Shown here: one piece after another, positions 1 to 10,382 of the stretch
Numbering within the stretch: position 1 is the stretch's first letter
How the letters are laid out: the number at the start of each line of letters is the position of its first letter
Assembly (NCBI GenBank): GCA_045125245.1
Contig: JBGVNF010000118.1
Coordinates: forward strand, 2,378 to 66,377
Length of the DNA stretch: 64,000 nucleotides
Direction: 5' to 3'
Source: Lachnospiraceae bacterium
GTDB taxonomy: Bacteria; Bacillota; Clostridia; Lachnospirales; Lachnospiraceae
The notes under the pieces: model-generated
The model's input: the letters and a program-made list of their open reading frames with translations, nothing else
What the model was told of the DNA's origin: nothing
Databases searched by the model: none
Made by a program: the position numbers and the translations under genes

Positions 1-110
1 GAACGAAGTTCAAGACGCTTGAATGCTAAAGCCCGATACCGAGACGAAGCGAAGCGTAGTCGAGCTTGGCTCGTTGCGTAATGAAACTAAATAGAAGGAT
101 ATATAGTTAT

Positions 111-148
111 AAATGCCTACTTTATCATTGTTGATAAAGTAGGCATTT
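111..148. terminator. terminator-like hairpin with 17-bp perfect arms
   Basis: AAATGCCTACTTTATCA (111-127) pairs with TGATAAAGTAGGCATTT (132-148), 4-nt loop; flanking T-run is weak. Confidence 0.4.
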
Positions 149-231
149 TATGTTAAAATCCACATAAAAATAACTTGAAAAATCTCAAAAGAAGAGAAGT
201 AATTAGAAAAGGATAAAAGGGTGAGGTTAAT

Positions 232-1725
232 ATGAATGATAAAAGAGGCATAGTTACACTCAAGAGTATATTTGCGCTGTTGACTATTATTTTGGTACCG
301 ATTATTTCAACTATTATAATTGTAAGAATAGTAGAATGGTTTGTGCCGTACATAGTATTGACTAATAAAACAACACTATTCTGTATTTTGATACTTGGCT
401 TGATATATTTAGCGTTAGGTGGTTTGATGTACAAGTGTAGAAAGAGTGAACAGGCGGAGCAGACGAGACTTTATAAAGTTATGCATGTTGTGATTTGTAT
501 GTTACCAGCGTATGTGGTGGGATTATTTAGTGTAGGATTTGGACTTAACATTGTATTTAGAGCTATTTGGTCAAGGGAATATAATAATAATCCTGCTGAG
601 AGTATGTATTATTATGGATTGATTATTACCCTTGTTCTTTCAGCTGTTTTGTATCTATTATGCGAATTAATTGTAACAAAAAGTTGGAGTGAAGTAAAAA
701 GAAGTATTAAATACTTGCCGATTCTAGTTGCGACTATATTATTCAGTGGGCTTGTTATTTTTTTAGGAATAAATGCTTCTATTAACAGAGAGGTTGATGC
801 TGACAAGATAAAATATATTGAATTTGCAGGATGGTGTGTTGAAGAATATGCTTGGTATGGTAAAGAATATGTTCAGTATGATAAAGCGGATAAAGTTAAG
901 ATAGTTGATGAACAGCTTTTTGAAGCAGTTGAAGAAGCGTATAGCAATCATATAGATAATTATCTTACAACTGGAAAAAATGAATTATATTATCGCTCGG
1001 CAGAATACGGTAGAATAAATTATGGACATGTCGTTGGAATTAATCAAGGTGGGACGACATTTTATAGATTGATTTCTTTTGAACATGATATAAATGAATA
1101 TATCGAAAGTTTATATGTGTTCAAGATAAATGAAAAAAATGGCAAATTTATACTTCCAGACTATGACGATGTTGCAGAAATAGGTTTGAGTGGATTATCT
1201 GGTGTTAGTTTTAATGAAAAAGAAATATATAATCTTTTAAAGGAGGATTTAAATACTACATTATATTCTGAGATAAGAGAAGTTAGTGATGAGGAGTTAT
1301 TATGTTATGCAACCATATATTTTGAAGGTGAGATATATACTAGAGCTAGGATTCCGATTTCAGTAAAAACACCTAAAACATATAAATATATCATGAATGA
1401 AATTGCTAGCATCAATAATGAAAAACTTAGTTCATATATTGACGAGGTTAGTATGTCGGGAACACGTTTTATTATCTTCTCGTTTATATGCGTGGATGAC
1501 GATAAAGTAATTGCATCAGGTGAAAATTATGCTTTTGAAGTTTCAGAATATGATAAATTTTGTGAGTTGTTGCAGCGCTTTAAGAATGAGCAGGGAGATA
1601 TGTTTGTATATATGGAAATTGCCAATAATTCAGATACCTGTGAAGGCACATATGTTGTTTCTAAAAGTGTTCCAAAAGATTTAGGAGATGAAATGTGTGA
1701 AATTATGGGAGTTGATGGACAGTAA
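232..1725 (+). CDS. hypothetical membrane protein (N-terminal multi-pass hydrophobic half, soluble C-terminal half)
   Basis: 497-aa ORF with GGTGAGG RBS upstream of the ATG; several hydrophobic helices in the first ~200 aa; no family recognised. Confidence 0.6.
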   Translation: MNDKRGIVTLKSIFALLTIILVPIISTIIIVRIVEWFVPYIVLTNKTTLFCILILGLIYLALGGLMYKCRKSEQAEQTRLYKVMHVVICMLPAYVVGLFSVGFGLNIVFRAIWSREYNNNPAESMYYYGLIITLVLSAVLYLLCELIVTKSWSEVKRSIKYLPILVATILFSGLVIFLGINASINREVDADKIKYIEFAGWCVEEYAWYGKEYVQYDKADKVKIVDEQLFEAVEEAYSNHIDNYLTTGKNELYYRSAEYGRINYGHVVGINQGGTTFYRLISFEHDINEYIESLYVFKINEKNGKFILPDYDDVAEIGLSGLSGVSFNEKEIYNLLKEDLNTTLYSEIREVSDEELLCYATIYFEGEIYTRARIPISVKTPKTYKYIMNEIASINNEKLSSYIDEVSMSGTRFIIFSFICVDDDKVIASGENYAFEVSEYDKFCELLQRFKNEQGDMFVYMEIANNSDTCEGTYVVSKSVPKDLGDEMCEIMGVDGQ

Positions 1726-1751
1726 AGATGATATGTTGAAAGGATTTAATT

Positions 1752-2261
1752 ATGATTATTCGAAAAGCAGAAAAAAAAGAACTTGAAGAAATTCTAACCA
1801 TTTACAAAGAAGCTAGAGAATACATGGCTCTTAATGGTAACAGGAATCAGTGGGGAGACAATTACCCGCCAAGAGAACTTATCGAAGAAGATATCGCGTC
1901 AGGAAAATGTTATATCGCAGTAGATGAAAAAATATGCGGTGTATTTTACTTTGCCATAGAAGCTGACCCTGTGTATGCCATTATAAAAGAAGGGCAATGG
2001 CTGAATGACAATAAATATGCTGTGGTTCATAGAATTGCAGTTTCTAAAAATACTCATAATAAAGGTATAGCAGGTACTTGCATTGATTACGCAGTTGAAA
2101 TGTGTAAAGCGCAAAAAATATATGATTTAAGAATGGATACCCATAGAGATAACCAACCGATGCAACGTTTTCTTGAGAAAAAAGGTTTTGAAGGTTGCGG
2201 TATCGTTTTTGTAGAGGATGGTTCAGAACGTATAGCGTATCATAAGATAATAAATACTTAA
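1752..2261 (+). CDS. GNAT family N-acetyltransferase
   Basis: 169-aa ORF with AAAGGA RBS; acetyl-CoA motif region VHRIAVSKNTHNKGIAG is typical of GNAT motif A. Confidence 0.8.
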   Translation: MIIRKAEKKELEEILTIYKEAREYMALNGNRNQWGDNYPPRELIEEDIASGKCYIAVDEKICGVFYFAIEADPVYAIIKEGQWLNDNKYAVVHRIAVSKNTHNKGIAGTCIDYAVEMCKAQKIYDLRMDTHRDNQPMQRFLEKKGFEGCGIVFVEDGSERIAYHKIINT

Positions 2262-2306
2262 AATGATTTTAAGTGAAAATAATGCTATTGTATTGAAATA
2301 TAGTGA

Positions 2307-2336
2307 AAATGGCTAGTTATTAACTAGCCATTTTTA
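2307..2336 (+). terminator. intrinsic terminator after the GNAT gene
   Basis: AAAATGGCTAGTTA / TAACTAGCCATTTT hairpin followed by a T-run. Confidence 0.7.
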
Positions 2337-2367
2337 TATGCTAATTTGACAAAACAATACAAAAAAG

Positions 2368-2396
2368 TTGTAATAAATATTAAATCGTGATATAAT
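2368..2396 (+). promoter_or_regulatory. sigma-70-type promoter for the MCP gene
   Basis: TTGTAA, 17-nt spacer ending in TGA, then TATAAT (2391-2396); an imperfect leader hairpin lies further downstream. Confidence 0.55.
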
Positions 2397-2540
2397 ATCA
2401 GAAAATAGCTCGTAAAAAATAAAATTACATAAGCGTTAGAAAATTGAAAAGTCTTCATTGTTGAATATATGTGTTTGTAAAGCACTTATATTCAGTAATG
2501 AAGTTTTGCTAATTTATAAGGCTGGAAGGAGAAGGTGCGA

Positions 2541-4262
2541 ATGAGTAAAGAAGGAAAAGTATCTAAGAAGGATTTAAAGATTGGGGATCGTATAGTAAGG
2601 GCGGTTATTCAGGTTGCGATGATTATGTGTATTGGTTCGGTGGCATCGATAATTGCAATGTTTGTAATGTCAAGTCGCTATGAACATGGTATGGAAAATT
2701 ACGGTTTTTCGCAGGGTGATATCGGTAAGGCGATGACAGTTCTTACAGATACACGAAGTGCAGTTCGAGGAGCTATTGGATATGAGACTGAAGCTGAGAT
2801 AAAGCAGCTTGTAACACAGTATGATGAGAAGAAGGCAGCTTTCTGGGATTATATGAAAGATGTAGAAGCATGTATGGTTACGCCAGAAGGTAAAGCTTCG
2901 TATAAGAAGATTAAGGATTCGGCAGATAAATATTTTGCAATTACAGATGATATTATAAAGAAAGGTGCAACTACAGACGAAACAGCATCTTTGGAAGCGC
3001 AACATAGAGCATTCACTGAGATGGCTCCGGCATATCAGACGGTATATGATGAAGTTCTTGGCCTTATGAATGTTAACGTTGAAAAAGGTGATGGCGTTAA
3101 GGAGACAATGGCTATATTAAAGTTTGTAATAACAGCAGCACTTGTTGCAATAGTTGTAGTAGCGGCCTTGGTAGCTGTTAAGATAGGAAGAAATATAGCA
3201 AAGGGAATCGTTAATCCACTTGCAGCACTTGGAGATAGAATGGAAACATTTGCTCATGGTGATTTAGATAGCCCATTCCCAACAAATGAACACAATGATG
3301 AAATTACAGATATTATTAAAGACTGTGAAGAGATGGCAGAAAATCTTAATGAGATTATTTCTGATGCAGGATATCTTCTTGGTGAGATGGCAGATGGTAA
3401 CTTTGCTATCGCTACAAGAATTGAAGAGAAGTATGAGGGAGATTTCCGTCAGTTGCTTATGTCTATGAGACAGCTTAACCGCCAGCTTGATAGCACATTG
3501 AAGATGATTAATGAAGCGGCTGAACAGGTTACACAAGGTGCATCACAGTTAGCATACAGTGCGCAGGATCTTGCAGAAGGCGCAACAGATCAGGCAGGTG
3601 CAGTAGAAGAGCTTACAGCTACAGTTGAGAATGTAACAAGTATTTCTGAGGATAGTGCTGAGTCAGCTAAGCAGACAGCTATGCAGGCTAAGGAATCAGC
3701 TAATGTTGCTAATACAAGCAGAACAGGTATGAACGAACTTATCCAGGCTATGGATAATATTACAGAGACATCAAGGGAAATTGAAAATATTATCGCTGCT
3801 ATTGAAGATATTGCATCGCAGACAAATCTTCTTTCACTTAACGCTTCTATTGAGGCGGCTAGAGCTGGAGAAGCTGGTAGAGGTTTTGCGGTAGTAGCAG
3901 ATCAGATTGGTAAGCTTGCTAATGATAGTGCCCAGTCAGCGATTTCAACTAAGGAACTTATCGTTAAGTCATTAGAAGAAATTGAAAAGGGTAACAAGAT
4001 TGTACATGAGACAATGGAAACTATTGGAAAGATATTAGAAAGTATGGAAGCATTTGCGGAGAATGCAAATGGTGCAGCAGAAGCATCAAGATCACAGGCA
4101 GATATGCTTGAACAGATTGAAGCTGGTATTGAGCAGATTTCTACAGTTGTTCAGAGTAACTCGGCAGCATCTGAAGAGACATCGGCTATTAGTGAAGAGT
4201 TATCAGCACAGGCTATTTCTCTTAAAGAGATGGTTTCGGCATTTAAGCTTCGCGAAGAATAA
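2541..4262 (+). CDS. methyl-accepting chemotaxis protein
   Basis: Two TM segments flank a sensor domain, followed by a HAMP-like segment and the conserved signalling hairpin ([33 protein letters not shown]). ATG at 2541 chosen over GTG 2535 because of AGGAGA RBS spacing. Confidence 0.92.
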   Translation: MSKEGKVSKKDLKIGDRIVRAVIQVAMIMCIGSVASIIAMFVMSSRYEHGMENYGFSQGDIGKAMTVLTDTRSAVRGAIGYETEAEIKQLVTQYDEKKAAFWDYMKDVEACMVTPEGKASYKKIKDSADKYFAITDDIIKKGATTDETASLEAQHRAFTEMAPAYQTVYDEVLGLMNVNVEKGDGVKETMAILKFVITAALVAIVVVAALVAVKIGRNIAKGIVNPLAALGDRMETFAHGDLDSPFPTNEHNDEITDIIKDCEEMAENLNEIISDAGYLLGEMADGNFAIATRIEEKYEGDFRQLLMSMRQLNRQLDSTLKMINEAAEQVTQGASQLAYSAQDLAEGATDQAGAVEELTATVENVTSISEDSAESAKQTAMQAKESANVANTSRTGMNELIQAMDNITETSREIENIIAAIEDIASQTNLLSLNASIEAARAGEAGRGFAVVADQIGKLANDSAQSAISTKELIVKSLEEIEKGNKIVHETMETIGKILESMEAFAENANGAAEASRSQADMLEQIEAGIEQISTVVQSNSAASEETSAISEELSAQAISLKEMVSAFKLREE

Positions 4263-4293
4263 TTAAGAAATGAAACGTTAATGTAATAATATA

Positions 4294-4338
4294 AAACAGG
4301 TCATAACTTTTCGGATAAACGAAGGTTATGACCTGTTT
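4294..4338. terminator. bidirectional terminator between convergent genes
   Basis: AAACAGGTCATAAC / GTTATGACCTGTTT, 14-bp arms. Confidence 0.7.
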
Positions 4339-4374
4339 CGTTATGAGTATAATTGATAACAAATATGTAAGTAT

Positions 4375-5235
4375 TTATTTGCTCCAACGACCTGATGCAC
4401 CGCAAGGTAATACTAATCCAGTGTTCTTTACGGGAAGTCCAATTTCTTGCGACTCTACATGACCGCCAAAAGGTTTTACAATCTCTGTTGATATCATGTA
4501 TGTAAGTACAGCGGGAGCAAGTCCTGTAGTATATGAGTTGATTAAGAAAAACAATGGATTGTCTGAAAGTAGGTTTGCACATAATTTTACAAAACTATGA
4601 ATAGACTCTTCGATTTTCCATATTTCTCCCTTTGGTCCTCTTCCGTATGAAGGAGGGTCCATGATGATGCCGTCATATTTATTTCCGCGTCTTATTTCAC
4701 GTTCAACAAATTTTACACAGTCATCCACAAGCCAACGAATTGGTGCATCGCCGAGTCCTGAGGATACGGCATTTTCTTTTGCCCAGCCTACCATACCTTT
4801 TGAAGCGTCTACATGTGTTACGCTTGCACCAGCAGCAGCTGCAGCTAAAGTAGCACCGCCTGTATAAGCGAAAAGGTTAAGAACTTTTATAGGTCGACCA
4901 GCATTTTTTATCTTTTCTGAGAACCAATCCCAGTTAGTTGCCTGCTCCGGGAAAAGACCAGTGTGTTTAAAACTAAATGGTTTTAAGTTAAAAGTTAATG
5001 ATTTGTAATTAATGCTCCACTGTTCTGGCAAGTCGAAGAATTCCCATTCACCACCACCTTTTGCACTACGGTGATAATGACCGTTTATATTCTTCCATTG
5101 ATTTTTGATTTTTTCTGTATTCCATATAACCTGAGGGTCTGGACGAACTAATCTATAGTCACCCCAACGTTCTAATTTTTCGCCTGATGAACAGTCGATA
5201 ACCTCATAATCTTTCCATTGATCTGCAATCCACAT
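4375..5235 (-). CDS. class I SAM-dependent (rRNA-type) methyltransferase
   Basis: 286-aa ORF with AAGGAAG RBS; SAM-binding motif VLNLFAYTGGATLAAAAAG and DPPSYG catalytic-type motif, as in RlmI/RlmK-like enzymes. Confidence 0.8.
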   Translation of the reverse strand: MWIADQWKDYEVIDCSSGEKLERWGDYRLVRPDPQVIWNTEKIKNQWKNINGHYHRSAKGGGEWEFFDLPEQWSINYKSLTFNLKPFSFKHTGLFPEQATNWDWFSEKIKNAGRPIKVLNLFAYTGGATLAAAAAGASVTHVDASKGMVGWAKENAVSSGLGDAPIRWLVDDCVKFVEREIRRGNKYDGIIMDPPSYGRGPKGEIWKIEESIHSFVKLCANLLSDNPLFFLINSYTTGLAPAVLTYMISTEIVKPFGGHVESQEIGLPVKNTGLVLPCGASGRWSK

Positions 5236-5342
5236 AAATTTTTCTTCCTTATATAAATATTATTTTGTAGTTGTTGTTTAAATAGTAGTTAAATACACAA
5301 TAATTATAACGGGTAGATATATATGTGTCAATTGAGTTTCTA

Positions 5343-5405
5343 CTATATTATAATGTGTTTGTTCTATATGATAATGTGTTTGTTCTATATTATAATATGT
5401 TTCTT
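5343..5405. repeat. 3 x 21-bp tandem direct repeat
   Basis: CTATATTATAATGTGTTTGTT / CTATATGATAATGTGTTTGTT / CTATATTATAATATGTTTCTT in the divergent intergenic region between the methyltransferase gene and rpsJ. Confidence 0.9.
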
Positions 5406-5537
5406 ATAAATGTTAATATTTGATTTGAAAAGTCACTTATCAAAAAAATTATTAGCCTACATTATTATAGAAGAAATCCAAAAATAATATTATGAAAAAA
5501 ACTTATAAAAAAATTTCAAAAAAATGTAAAAAAGTAC

Positions 5538-5566
5538 TTGCAATATGGGAAAGAATAATGTAAACT
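5538..5566 (+). promoter_or_regulatory. candidate S10-operon promoter
   Basis: TTGCAA (5538-5543), 17 nt, TAAACT (5561-5566); the 12-mer AGTACTTGCAAT is repeated exactly at the rpmJ promoter (18913-18924). Confidence 0.5.
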
Positions 5567-5574
5567 AACAAATG

Positions 5575-5809
5575 CTGTGACATTGATAGCGTAGAAACGA
5601 GAGGTTGCTGCTAGAAAATAGCAGGTTTTCCGTGGAGCGAATGTCAAGTTAGGAAACTGGCGACAAGTCACTGTACAAGAAAATCGTCCGTAATAATACG
5701 GAAACAACGTGTGAAACTTGTAAAGAAATTTACGACACACACGGAAGAGTGTACAGTCACCGCTTGTCGTACTTAAATCAAAAAGTGCGAAAAGGAGGCG
5801 ACTTTTTTT
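5575..5809 (+). promoter_or_regulatory. long structured 5' leader of rpsJ (S10 operon)
   Basis: Hairpin CTGCTA/TAGCAG (5608-5624) followed by GTTTT. Long-range helices 5661-5667/5763-5769 and 5670-5676/5751-5757 enclose hairpins TCCGTA/TACGGA (5687-5702) and CGTGTG...CACACG (5708-5743), with an inner TTGTAAA/TTTACGA stem. Confidence 0.5.
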
Positions 5810-6127
5810 ATGGCAAGTCAAGTCATGAGAATCACATTGAAGGCTTACGATCATCAGTTAATCGATCAGTCAGCTGGAAAAATCATCGAAACTGTAAAGA
5901 AGACAGGTGCAAAGGTTAGCGGACCAGTGCCACTTCCAACAAAGAAGGAAGTAGTTACAATTCTTAGAGCCGTTCACAAGTACAAGGATTCTAGAGAGCA
6001 GTTCGAGCAGAGAACTCATAAGAGACTCATCGACATCGTAACACCATCACAGAAGACTGTAGATGCATTATCTAGATTAGAGATGCCAGCTGGTGTTTAC
6101 ATCGATATTAAGATGAAGACAAAGTAG
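5810..6127 (+). CDS. rpsJ: 30S ribosomal protein S10 (uS10)
   Basis: Conserved uS10 sequence (RITLKAYDH...[16 protein letters not shown]); AAGGAGG RBS; first gene of the canonical order. Confidence 0.97.
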   Translation: MASQVMRITLKAYDHQLIDQSAGKIIETVKKTGAKVSGPVPLPTKKEVVTILRAVHKYKDSREQFEQRTHKRLIDIVTPSQKTVDALSRLEMPAGVYIDIKMKTK

Positions 6128-6135
6128 TTCTTGAC

Positions 6136-6158
6136 CAAAATTTCCAATGGAAATTTTG
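6136..6158. repeat. stop-proximal palindrome CAAAATTTCCA / TGGAAATTTTG
   Basis: Perfect 11-nt arms 9 nt after the rpsJ stop; related CAAAATT...AATTTTG palindromes at 8086-8114, 12779-12805 and 18775-18801. Confidence 0.8.
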
Positions 6159-6397
6159 CTCCAGTATGTAGATTAATAGAAAACATATGGGAGTCAAAAA
6201 CAGAAATGTGCAATCCTGAAGGGTTTAGATATAAAAGCAACACTCATTTTTTATGAGGGAATCAACATTTTGATTTTTTCAATTTAGTGTTCCACGTATA
6301 TTAGACTGTTCTAGGATGTTTTCAAACCTACTTATTATAAGTAAGATTGAAAACCGCTGTAGAAAAGCCAAGCAAATTGGCAAACAGGAGGTAAAAA

Positions 6398-7033
6398 ATG
6401 AAGAAAGCGATTTTAGCAACAAAAGTCGGAATGACTCAAATCTTCAACGAAGATGGTGTGTTAACACCAGTTACTGTACTTCAGGCTGGTCCTTGTGTTG
6501 TTACACAGGTTAAGACAGTTGAAAATGATGGTTACAGTGCAGTTCAGGTTGGTTTTGCTGACAAGAGAGAAAAGCTTGTTAATAAGCCAATGAAAGGACA
6601 TTTTGATAAGGCTGGAGTTTCTTACAAGAGATATGTAAGAGAGTTCAAGTTTGAAAATGCCGAGGAATACTCAGTTAAGGATGAAATCAAGGCTGATATC
6701 TTTGCAGCTGGCGACAAGGTAGACGCTACAGCAATTGCAAAGGGTAAGGGATTCCAGGGCGCAATCAAGAGACATGGTCAGTCAAGAGGACCTATGGCTC
6801 ATGGTTCTAAGTTCCACCGTCATCAGGGTTCTAACGGTGCTTGTTCAAGCCCAAGTAAGGTATTCAAGGGAAAAGGAATGCCAGGTCACATGGGTGCTAA
6901 GAAGATCACAATTCAGAATCTTGAGATCGTTAAAATTGATGCAGACAACAACTTAATTCTTGTTAAGGGCGCAGTTCCAGGACCAAAGAAAGCATTGGTT
7001 ACAATTAAGGAAACTGTTAAGTCTGGCAAGTAA
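6398..7033 (+). CDS. rplC: 50S ribosomal protein L3 (uL3)
   Basis: Conserved uL3 sequence (GMTQIF...KGKGFQG.IKRHG); AGGAGG RBS; operon order. Confidence 0.97.
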   Translation: MKKAILATKVGMTQIFNEDGVLTPVTVLQAGPCVVTQVKTVENDGYSAVQVGFADKREKLVNKPMKGHFDKAGVSYKRYVREFKFENAEEYSVKDEIKADIFAAGDKVDATAIAKGKGFQGAIKRHGQSRGPMAHGSKFHRHQGSNGACSSPSKVFKGKGMPGHMGAKKITIQNLEIVKIDADNNLILVKGAVPGPKKALVTIKETVKSGK

Positions 7034-7058
7034 TTAATTAGGAAGGAGGAACACACAG

Positions 7059-7679
7059 ATGGCAAAGGTATCTGTTTACAATATGGAAGGCAAGCAGGTT
7101 GGTGATATCGAGCTTAATGATGCTGTATTTGGTGTTGAGGTAAACAATCACTTAGTACACATGGCTGTTGTAAATCAGCTTGCAAACAATCGTCAGGGCA
7201 CACAGAGCGCTAAGACACGTTCAGAAGTTAGCGGTGGCGGAAGAAAGCCTTGGAAGCAGAAGGGTACAGGACACGCTAGACAGGGTTCTACAAGATCTCC
7301 ACAGTGGACTGGCGGTGGTATCGTATTTGCTCCAAAGCCAAGAGATTACTCTTTCAAGATGAACAAGAAAGAGAAGCAGTTAGCTCTTAAGTCAGCATTG
7401 ACATCAAGAGTATTAGAGAACAAGTTCATCGTTGTAGATGAAATTAAGTTAGAGGAAGCTAAGACAAAGAAGTTTGCTGAGGCAATGAACAACTTAAAGG
7501 TTTCTAAGGCATTAGTAGTATTAAATACAAACGATGCTAACGTTGTTAGATCAGCAAAGAACATTCCTACAGTTAAGACAGCTTTAACAAATACAATTAA
7601 TGTATACGACATCTTAAAGTACGATACAGTAGTTATTGATAAGGCAGCTGTAGCAACAATCGAGGAGGTGTACGCATAA
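7059..7679 (+). CDS. rplD: 50S ribosomal protein L4 (uL4)
   Basis: Conserved uL4 sequence ([19 protein letters not shown]); RBS; operon order. Confidence 0.97.
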   Translation: MAKVSVYNMEGKQVGDIELNDAVFGVEVNNHLVHMAVVNQLANNRQGTQSAKTRSEVSGGGRKPWKQKGTGHARQGSTRSPQWTGGGIVFAPKPRDYSFKMNKKEKQLALKSALTSRVLENKFIVVDEIKLEEAKTKKFAEAMNNLKVSKALVVLNTNDANVVRSAKNIPTVKTALTNTINVYDILKYDTVVIDKAAVATIEEVYA

Positions 7680-7978
7680 TGGCAGACATTAAATACTATG
7701 ATGTAATCCTCAAGCCTGTAATTACAGAGAAGAGCATGAACGATATGAGCGCAAAGAAGTATACATTCTTAGTTCATACAGAAGCTAATAAGGTACAGAT
7801 TAAAGAGGCTGTTGAGAAGATGTTCGAAGGAACAAAGGTAGCAAGCGTTAACACAATGAACATGGACGGCAAGAATAAGAGACGTGGCATGGTTACAGGA
7901 AAGACTGCTAAGACAAAGAAGGCAATCGTTCAGTTAACAGCAGACAGCAAGGACATTGAAATCTTTGAAGGATTATAA
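7679..7978 (+). CDS. rplW: 50S ribosomal protein L23 (uL23)
   Basis: 99-aa uL23-like sequence; start overlaps the rplD stop (TAATG). Confidence 0.96.
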   Translation: MADIKYYDVILKPVITEKSMNDMSAKKYTFLVHTEANKVQIKEAVEKMFEGTKVASVNTMNMDGKNKRRGMVTGKTAKTKKAIVQLTADSKDIEIFEGL

Positions 7979-8009
7979 AATATAATCGAGAAGAAAAAAT
8001 GTTAGAGTA

Positions 8010-8114
8010 GTTTCATCAGAAAACAATATTGGTGAAACGGTTTGGAGGAAACAGCGAAGCTGGCGAGGCTCCAAACATACAGTAAATTTTGCTAGAAAAC
8101 AATATTAGCAAAAT
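8010..8114 (+). repeat. three-hairpin module upstream of rplB, with two hairpins presenting the identical loop AGAAAACAATATT
   Basis: GTTTCATC/GGTGAAAC stem (8010-8038) with loop 8018-8030; TTTGGAG/CTCCAAA stem (8041-8075); ATTTTGCTA/TAGCAAAAT stem (8086-8114) whose loop holds the same 13-mer at 8094-8106. Confidence 0.8.
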
Positions 8115-8134
8115 AGTTGAAAGGAGATAAAACA

Positions 8135-8977
8135 ATGGGAATTAGAACATATAACCCATATACACCTTCTAGAAGAAATATGACAGGTCTTGATTTCGCA
8201 GAAGTAACAAAGTCAACTCCTGAGAAGTCATTAGTTGTATCATTAAAGAAGAATTCTGGTCGTAACAACCAGGGTAAGATCACAGTTAGACATCGTGGTG
8301 GCGGTGTTAGAAGAAAGTACAGAATCGTTGACTTCAAGAGAAGAAAAGACGATATTCCAGCTACTGTAATTGGTATCGAGTACGATCCAAACAGAACAGC
8401 TAATATAGCATTAATCTGCTACGCAGATGGTGAGAAGGCATACATCTTAGCTCCTAACGGACTTAAGGATGGTATGAAGGTTATGAACGGCGCTAACGCT
8501 GAAATCAAGGTTGGTAACTGCTTACCACTTGAGGCTATTCCAGTTGGTACAGAAGTACACAACGTTGAGTTATACCCAGGCAAGGGTGGACAGTTAGTTC
8601 GTTCAGCAGGTAACTCAGCTCAGCTTATGGCTAAGGAAGGCAAGTATGCTACACTTAGATTACCATCAGGCGAAATGAGAATGGTTCCAGTTGTTTGCCG
8701 TGCAACAATCGGTACAGTTGGTAACATCGAGCACGACTTAGTTAACGTTGGTAAGGCAGGTCGTAAGCGTCATATGGGTATTAGACCTACAGTTCGTGGT
8801 TCTGTTATGAACCCTAATGACCATCCACACGGTGGTGGTGAAGGTAAGACAGGTATTGGTCGTCCAGGTCCATGTACACCTTGGGGTAAACCAGCACTTG
8901 GCTTAAAGACAAGAAAGAAGAACAAGCAGTCTAACAAGCTCATCGTAAGAAGACGCGATGGCAAGAACTTTAAATAA
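8135..8977 (+). CDS. rplB: 50S ribosomal protein L2 (uL2)
   Basis: Conserved uL2 sequence ([12 protein letters not shown]...[15 protein letters not shown]); ATG 8135 chosen over the track start 8117 because AAAGGAG lies 7 nt upstream. Confidence 0.97.
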   Translation: MGIRTYNPYTPSRRNMTGLDFAEVTKSTPEKSLVVSLKKNSGRNNQGKITVRHRGGGVRRKYRIVDFKRRKDDIPATVIGIEYDPNRTANIALICYADGEKAYILAPNGLKDGMKVMNGANAEIKVGNCLPLEAIPVGTEVHNVELYPGKGGQLVRSAGNSAQLMAKEGKYATLRLPSGEMRMVPVVCRATIGTVGNIEHDLVNVGKAGRKRHMGIRPTVRGSVMNPNDHPHGGGEGKTGIGRPGPCTPWGKPALGLKTRKKNKQSNKLIVRRRDGKNFK

Positions 8978-8989
8978 GGAGGATTACCA

Positions 8990-9268
8990 ATGGCTAGATC
9001 ATTAAAAAAAGGTCCATTTGCGGATGCAAGTTTACTTAAGAAAGTAGACGCTATGAACGAGGCTGGACAGAAGTCAGTTATCAAGACTTGGTCAAGACGT
9101 TCAACAATCTTCCCACAAATGGTTGGACATACAATTGCAGTTCACGATGGAAGAAAGCACGTTCCAGTATATGTGACAGAAGACATGGTTGGACACAAGC
9201 TTGGTGAATTCGTTGCTACCAGAACTTTCAGAGGACATGGTAAAGACGATAAGAAGTCAAGACGTTAG
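8990..9268 (+). CDS. rpsS: 30S ribosomal protein S19 (uS19)
   Basis: Conserved uS19 sequence ([10 protein letters not shown]...GHKLGEF..TR.F.GH). Confidence 0.97.
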   Translation: MARSLKKGPFADASLLKKVDAMNEAGQKSVIKTWSRRSTIFPQMVGHTIAVHDGRKHVPVYVTEDMVGHKLGEFVATRTFRGHGKDDKKSRR

Positions 9269-9298
9269 TGGAAAGAAGATTGAAAGGAGGTCACATCC

Positions 9299-9688
9299 AT
9301 GGCAAAAGGACATAGAAGTCAGATAAAGAGAGAAAGAAATGCTAATAAGGACACAAGACCATCAGCAAAACTTTCTTACGCTAGAATTTCAGTACAGAAG
9401 GCATGCTTCGTACTTGATGCAATCAGAGGAAAGGACGTACAGTCTGCACTTGGTATCTTAGCATACAATCCAAGATATGCATCTTCAGTTATAGAGAAAC
9501 TCTTAAAGTCAGCAATCGCAAATGCTGAGAACAACAATGGTATGAACCCAGAAAACCTCTACATTGAAGAGTGTTACGCAAATCAGGGTCCTATCATGAA
9601 GAGAATCAGACCAAGAGCACAGGGTAGAGCTTACAGAATCGAGAAGAGAATGTGTAACTTAACAATAGTGCTCAATGAAAAGAAATAG
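9299..9688 (+). CDS. rplV: 50S ribosomal protein L22 (uL22)
   Basis: uL22-like sequence; operon order; AAGGAGG RBS. Confidence 0.96.
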   Translation: MAKGHRSQIKRERNANKDTRPSAKLSYARISVQKACFVLDAIRGKDVQSALGILAYNPRYASSVIEKLLKSAIANAENNNGMNPENLYIEECYANQGPIMKRIRPRAQGRAYRIEKRMCNLTIVLNEKK

Positions 9689-9710
9689 TTAGCGGAAAGG
9701 AGAACGCGAA

Positions 9711-10382
9711 ATGGGACAGAAAGTTAATCCTCACGGCATAAGAGTCGGCGTTATTAAAGATTGGGATTCAAAGTGGTACGCAGAGGCTGATTTCGCTGAT
9801 AATCTTGTAGAAGATCACAAAATCAGAGAGTACCTTAAGAAGAAGTTATATAGCGCAGGTGTTTCTAAGATTGAAATCGAAAGAACATCTGACAGATGTA
9901 AGGTTATCGTTTACACAGCTAAGCCTGGTGTTGTTATCGGTAAGGGCGGTGCTGAAATCGATAAGTTAAAAGATGAAGTACAGAAGTTATCAGCAATGAA
10001 AGTACTTGTTGATGTTAAAGAAATTAAGAAGCCAGATAGAGATGCTCAGTTAGTAGCAGAGAACATTGCTCTCCAGTTAGAGAACCGTGTTTCTTTCAGA
10101 AGAGCTATGAAGTCAGCAATGGGTAGAACACTCAAGGCTGGTGCTAAGGGTATCAAGGCTGCATGTTCAGGACGTCTTGGTGGAGCTGATATGGCTCGTA
10201 CAGAGTTCTATACAGAAGGAACTATTCCACTTCAGACATTACGTGCTGATATTGATTATGGATTCGCAGAGGCTGATACAACATATGGTAAGGTTGGTAT
10301 CAAGGTTTGGATTTACAATGGTGAAGTTCTTCCTACAAAGGCTGCTGCAAAAGAAGATAGCAAGGAAGGGAGCGATAAATAA
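9711..10382 (+). CDS. rpsC: 30S ribosomal protein S3 (uS3)
   Basis: Conserved uS3 N-terminus [11 protein letters not shown] and KH domain. Confidence 0.97.
   Translation: MGQKVNPHGIRVGVIKDWDSKWYAEADFADNLVEDHKIREYLKKKLYSAGVSKIEIERTSDRCKVIVYTAKPGVVIGKGGAEIDKLKDEVQKLSAMKVLVDVKEIKKPDRDAQLVAENIALQLENRVSFRRAMKSAMGRTLKAGAKGIKAACSGRLGGADMARTEFYTEGTIPLQTLRADIDYGFAEADTTYGKVGIKVWIYNGEVLPTKAAAKEDSKEGSDK

Noticed and set aside
1-100. Window-edge sequence with a TTCAAG-ACG-CTTGAA hairpin and CGAAGCGAAGCG, resembling the purine-rich spacer modules
   Set aside because: It is truncated by the window edge and the similarity to the other modules is loose, so it is not reported as a family member.
5516-5854. 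112-aa minus-strand ORF spanning the rpsJ promoter and leader
   Set aside because: It runs antisense through the promoter and structured leader and into rpsJ, has no RBS, and has Cys/Phe-rich nonsense-like composition.
6316-6513. 65-aa ORF overlapping the rplC start
   Set aside because: It overlaps rplC out of frame and spans its RBS, and has no independent support.
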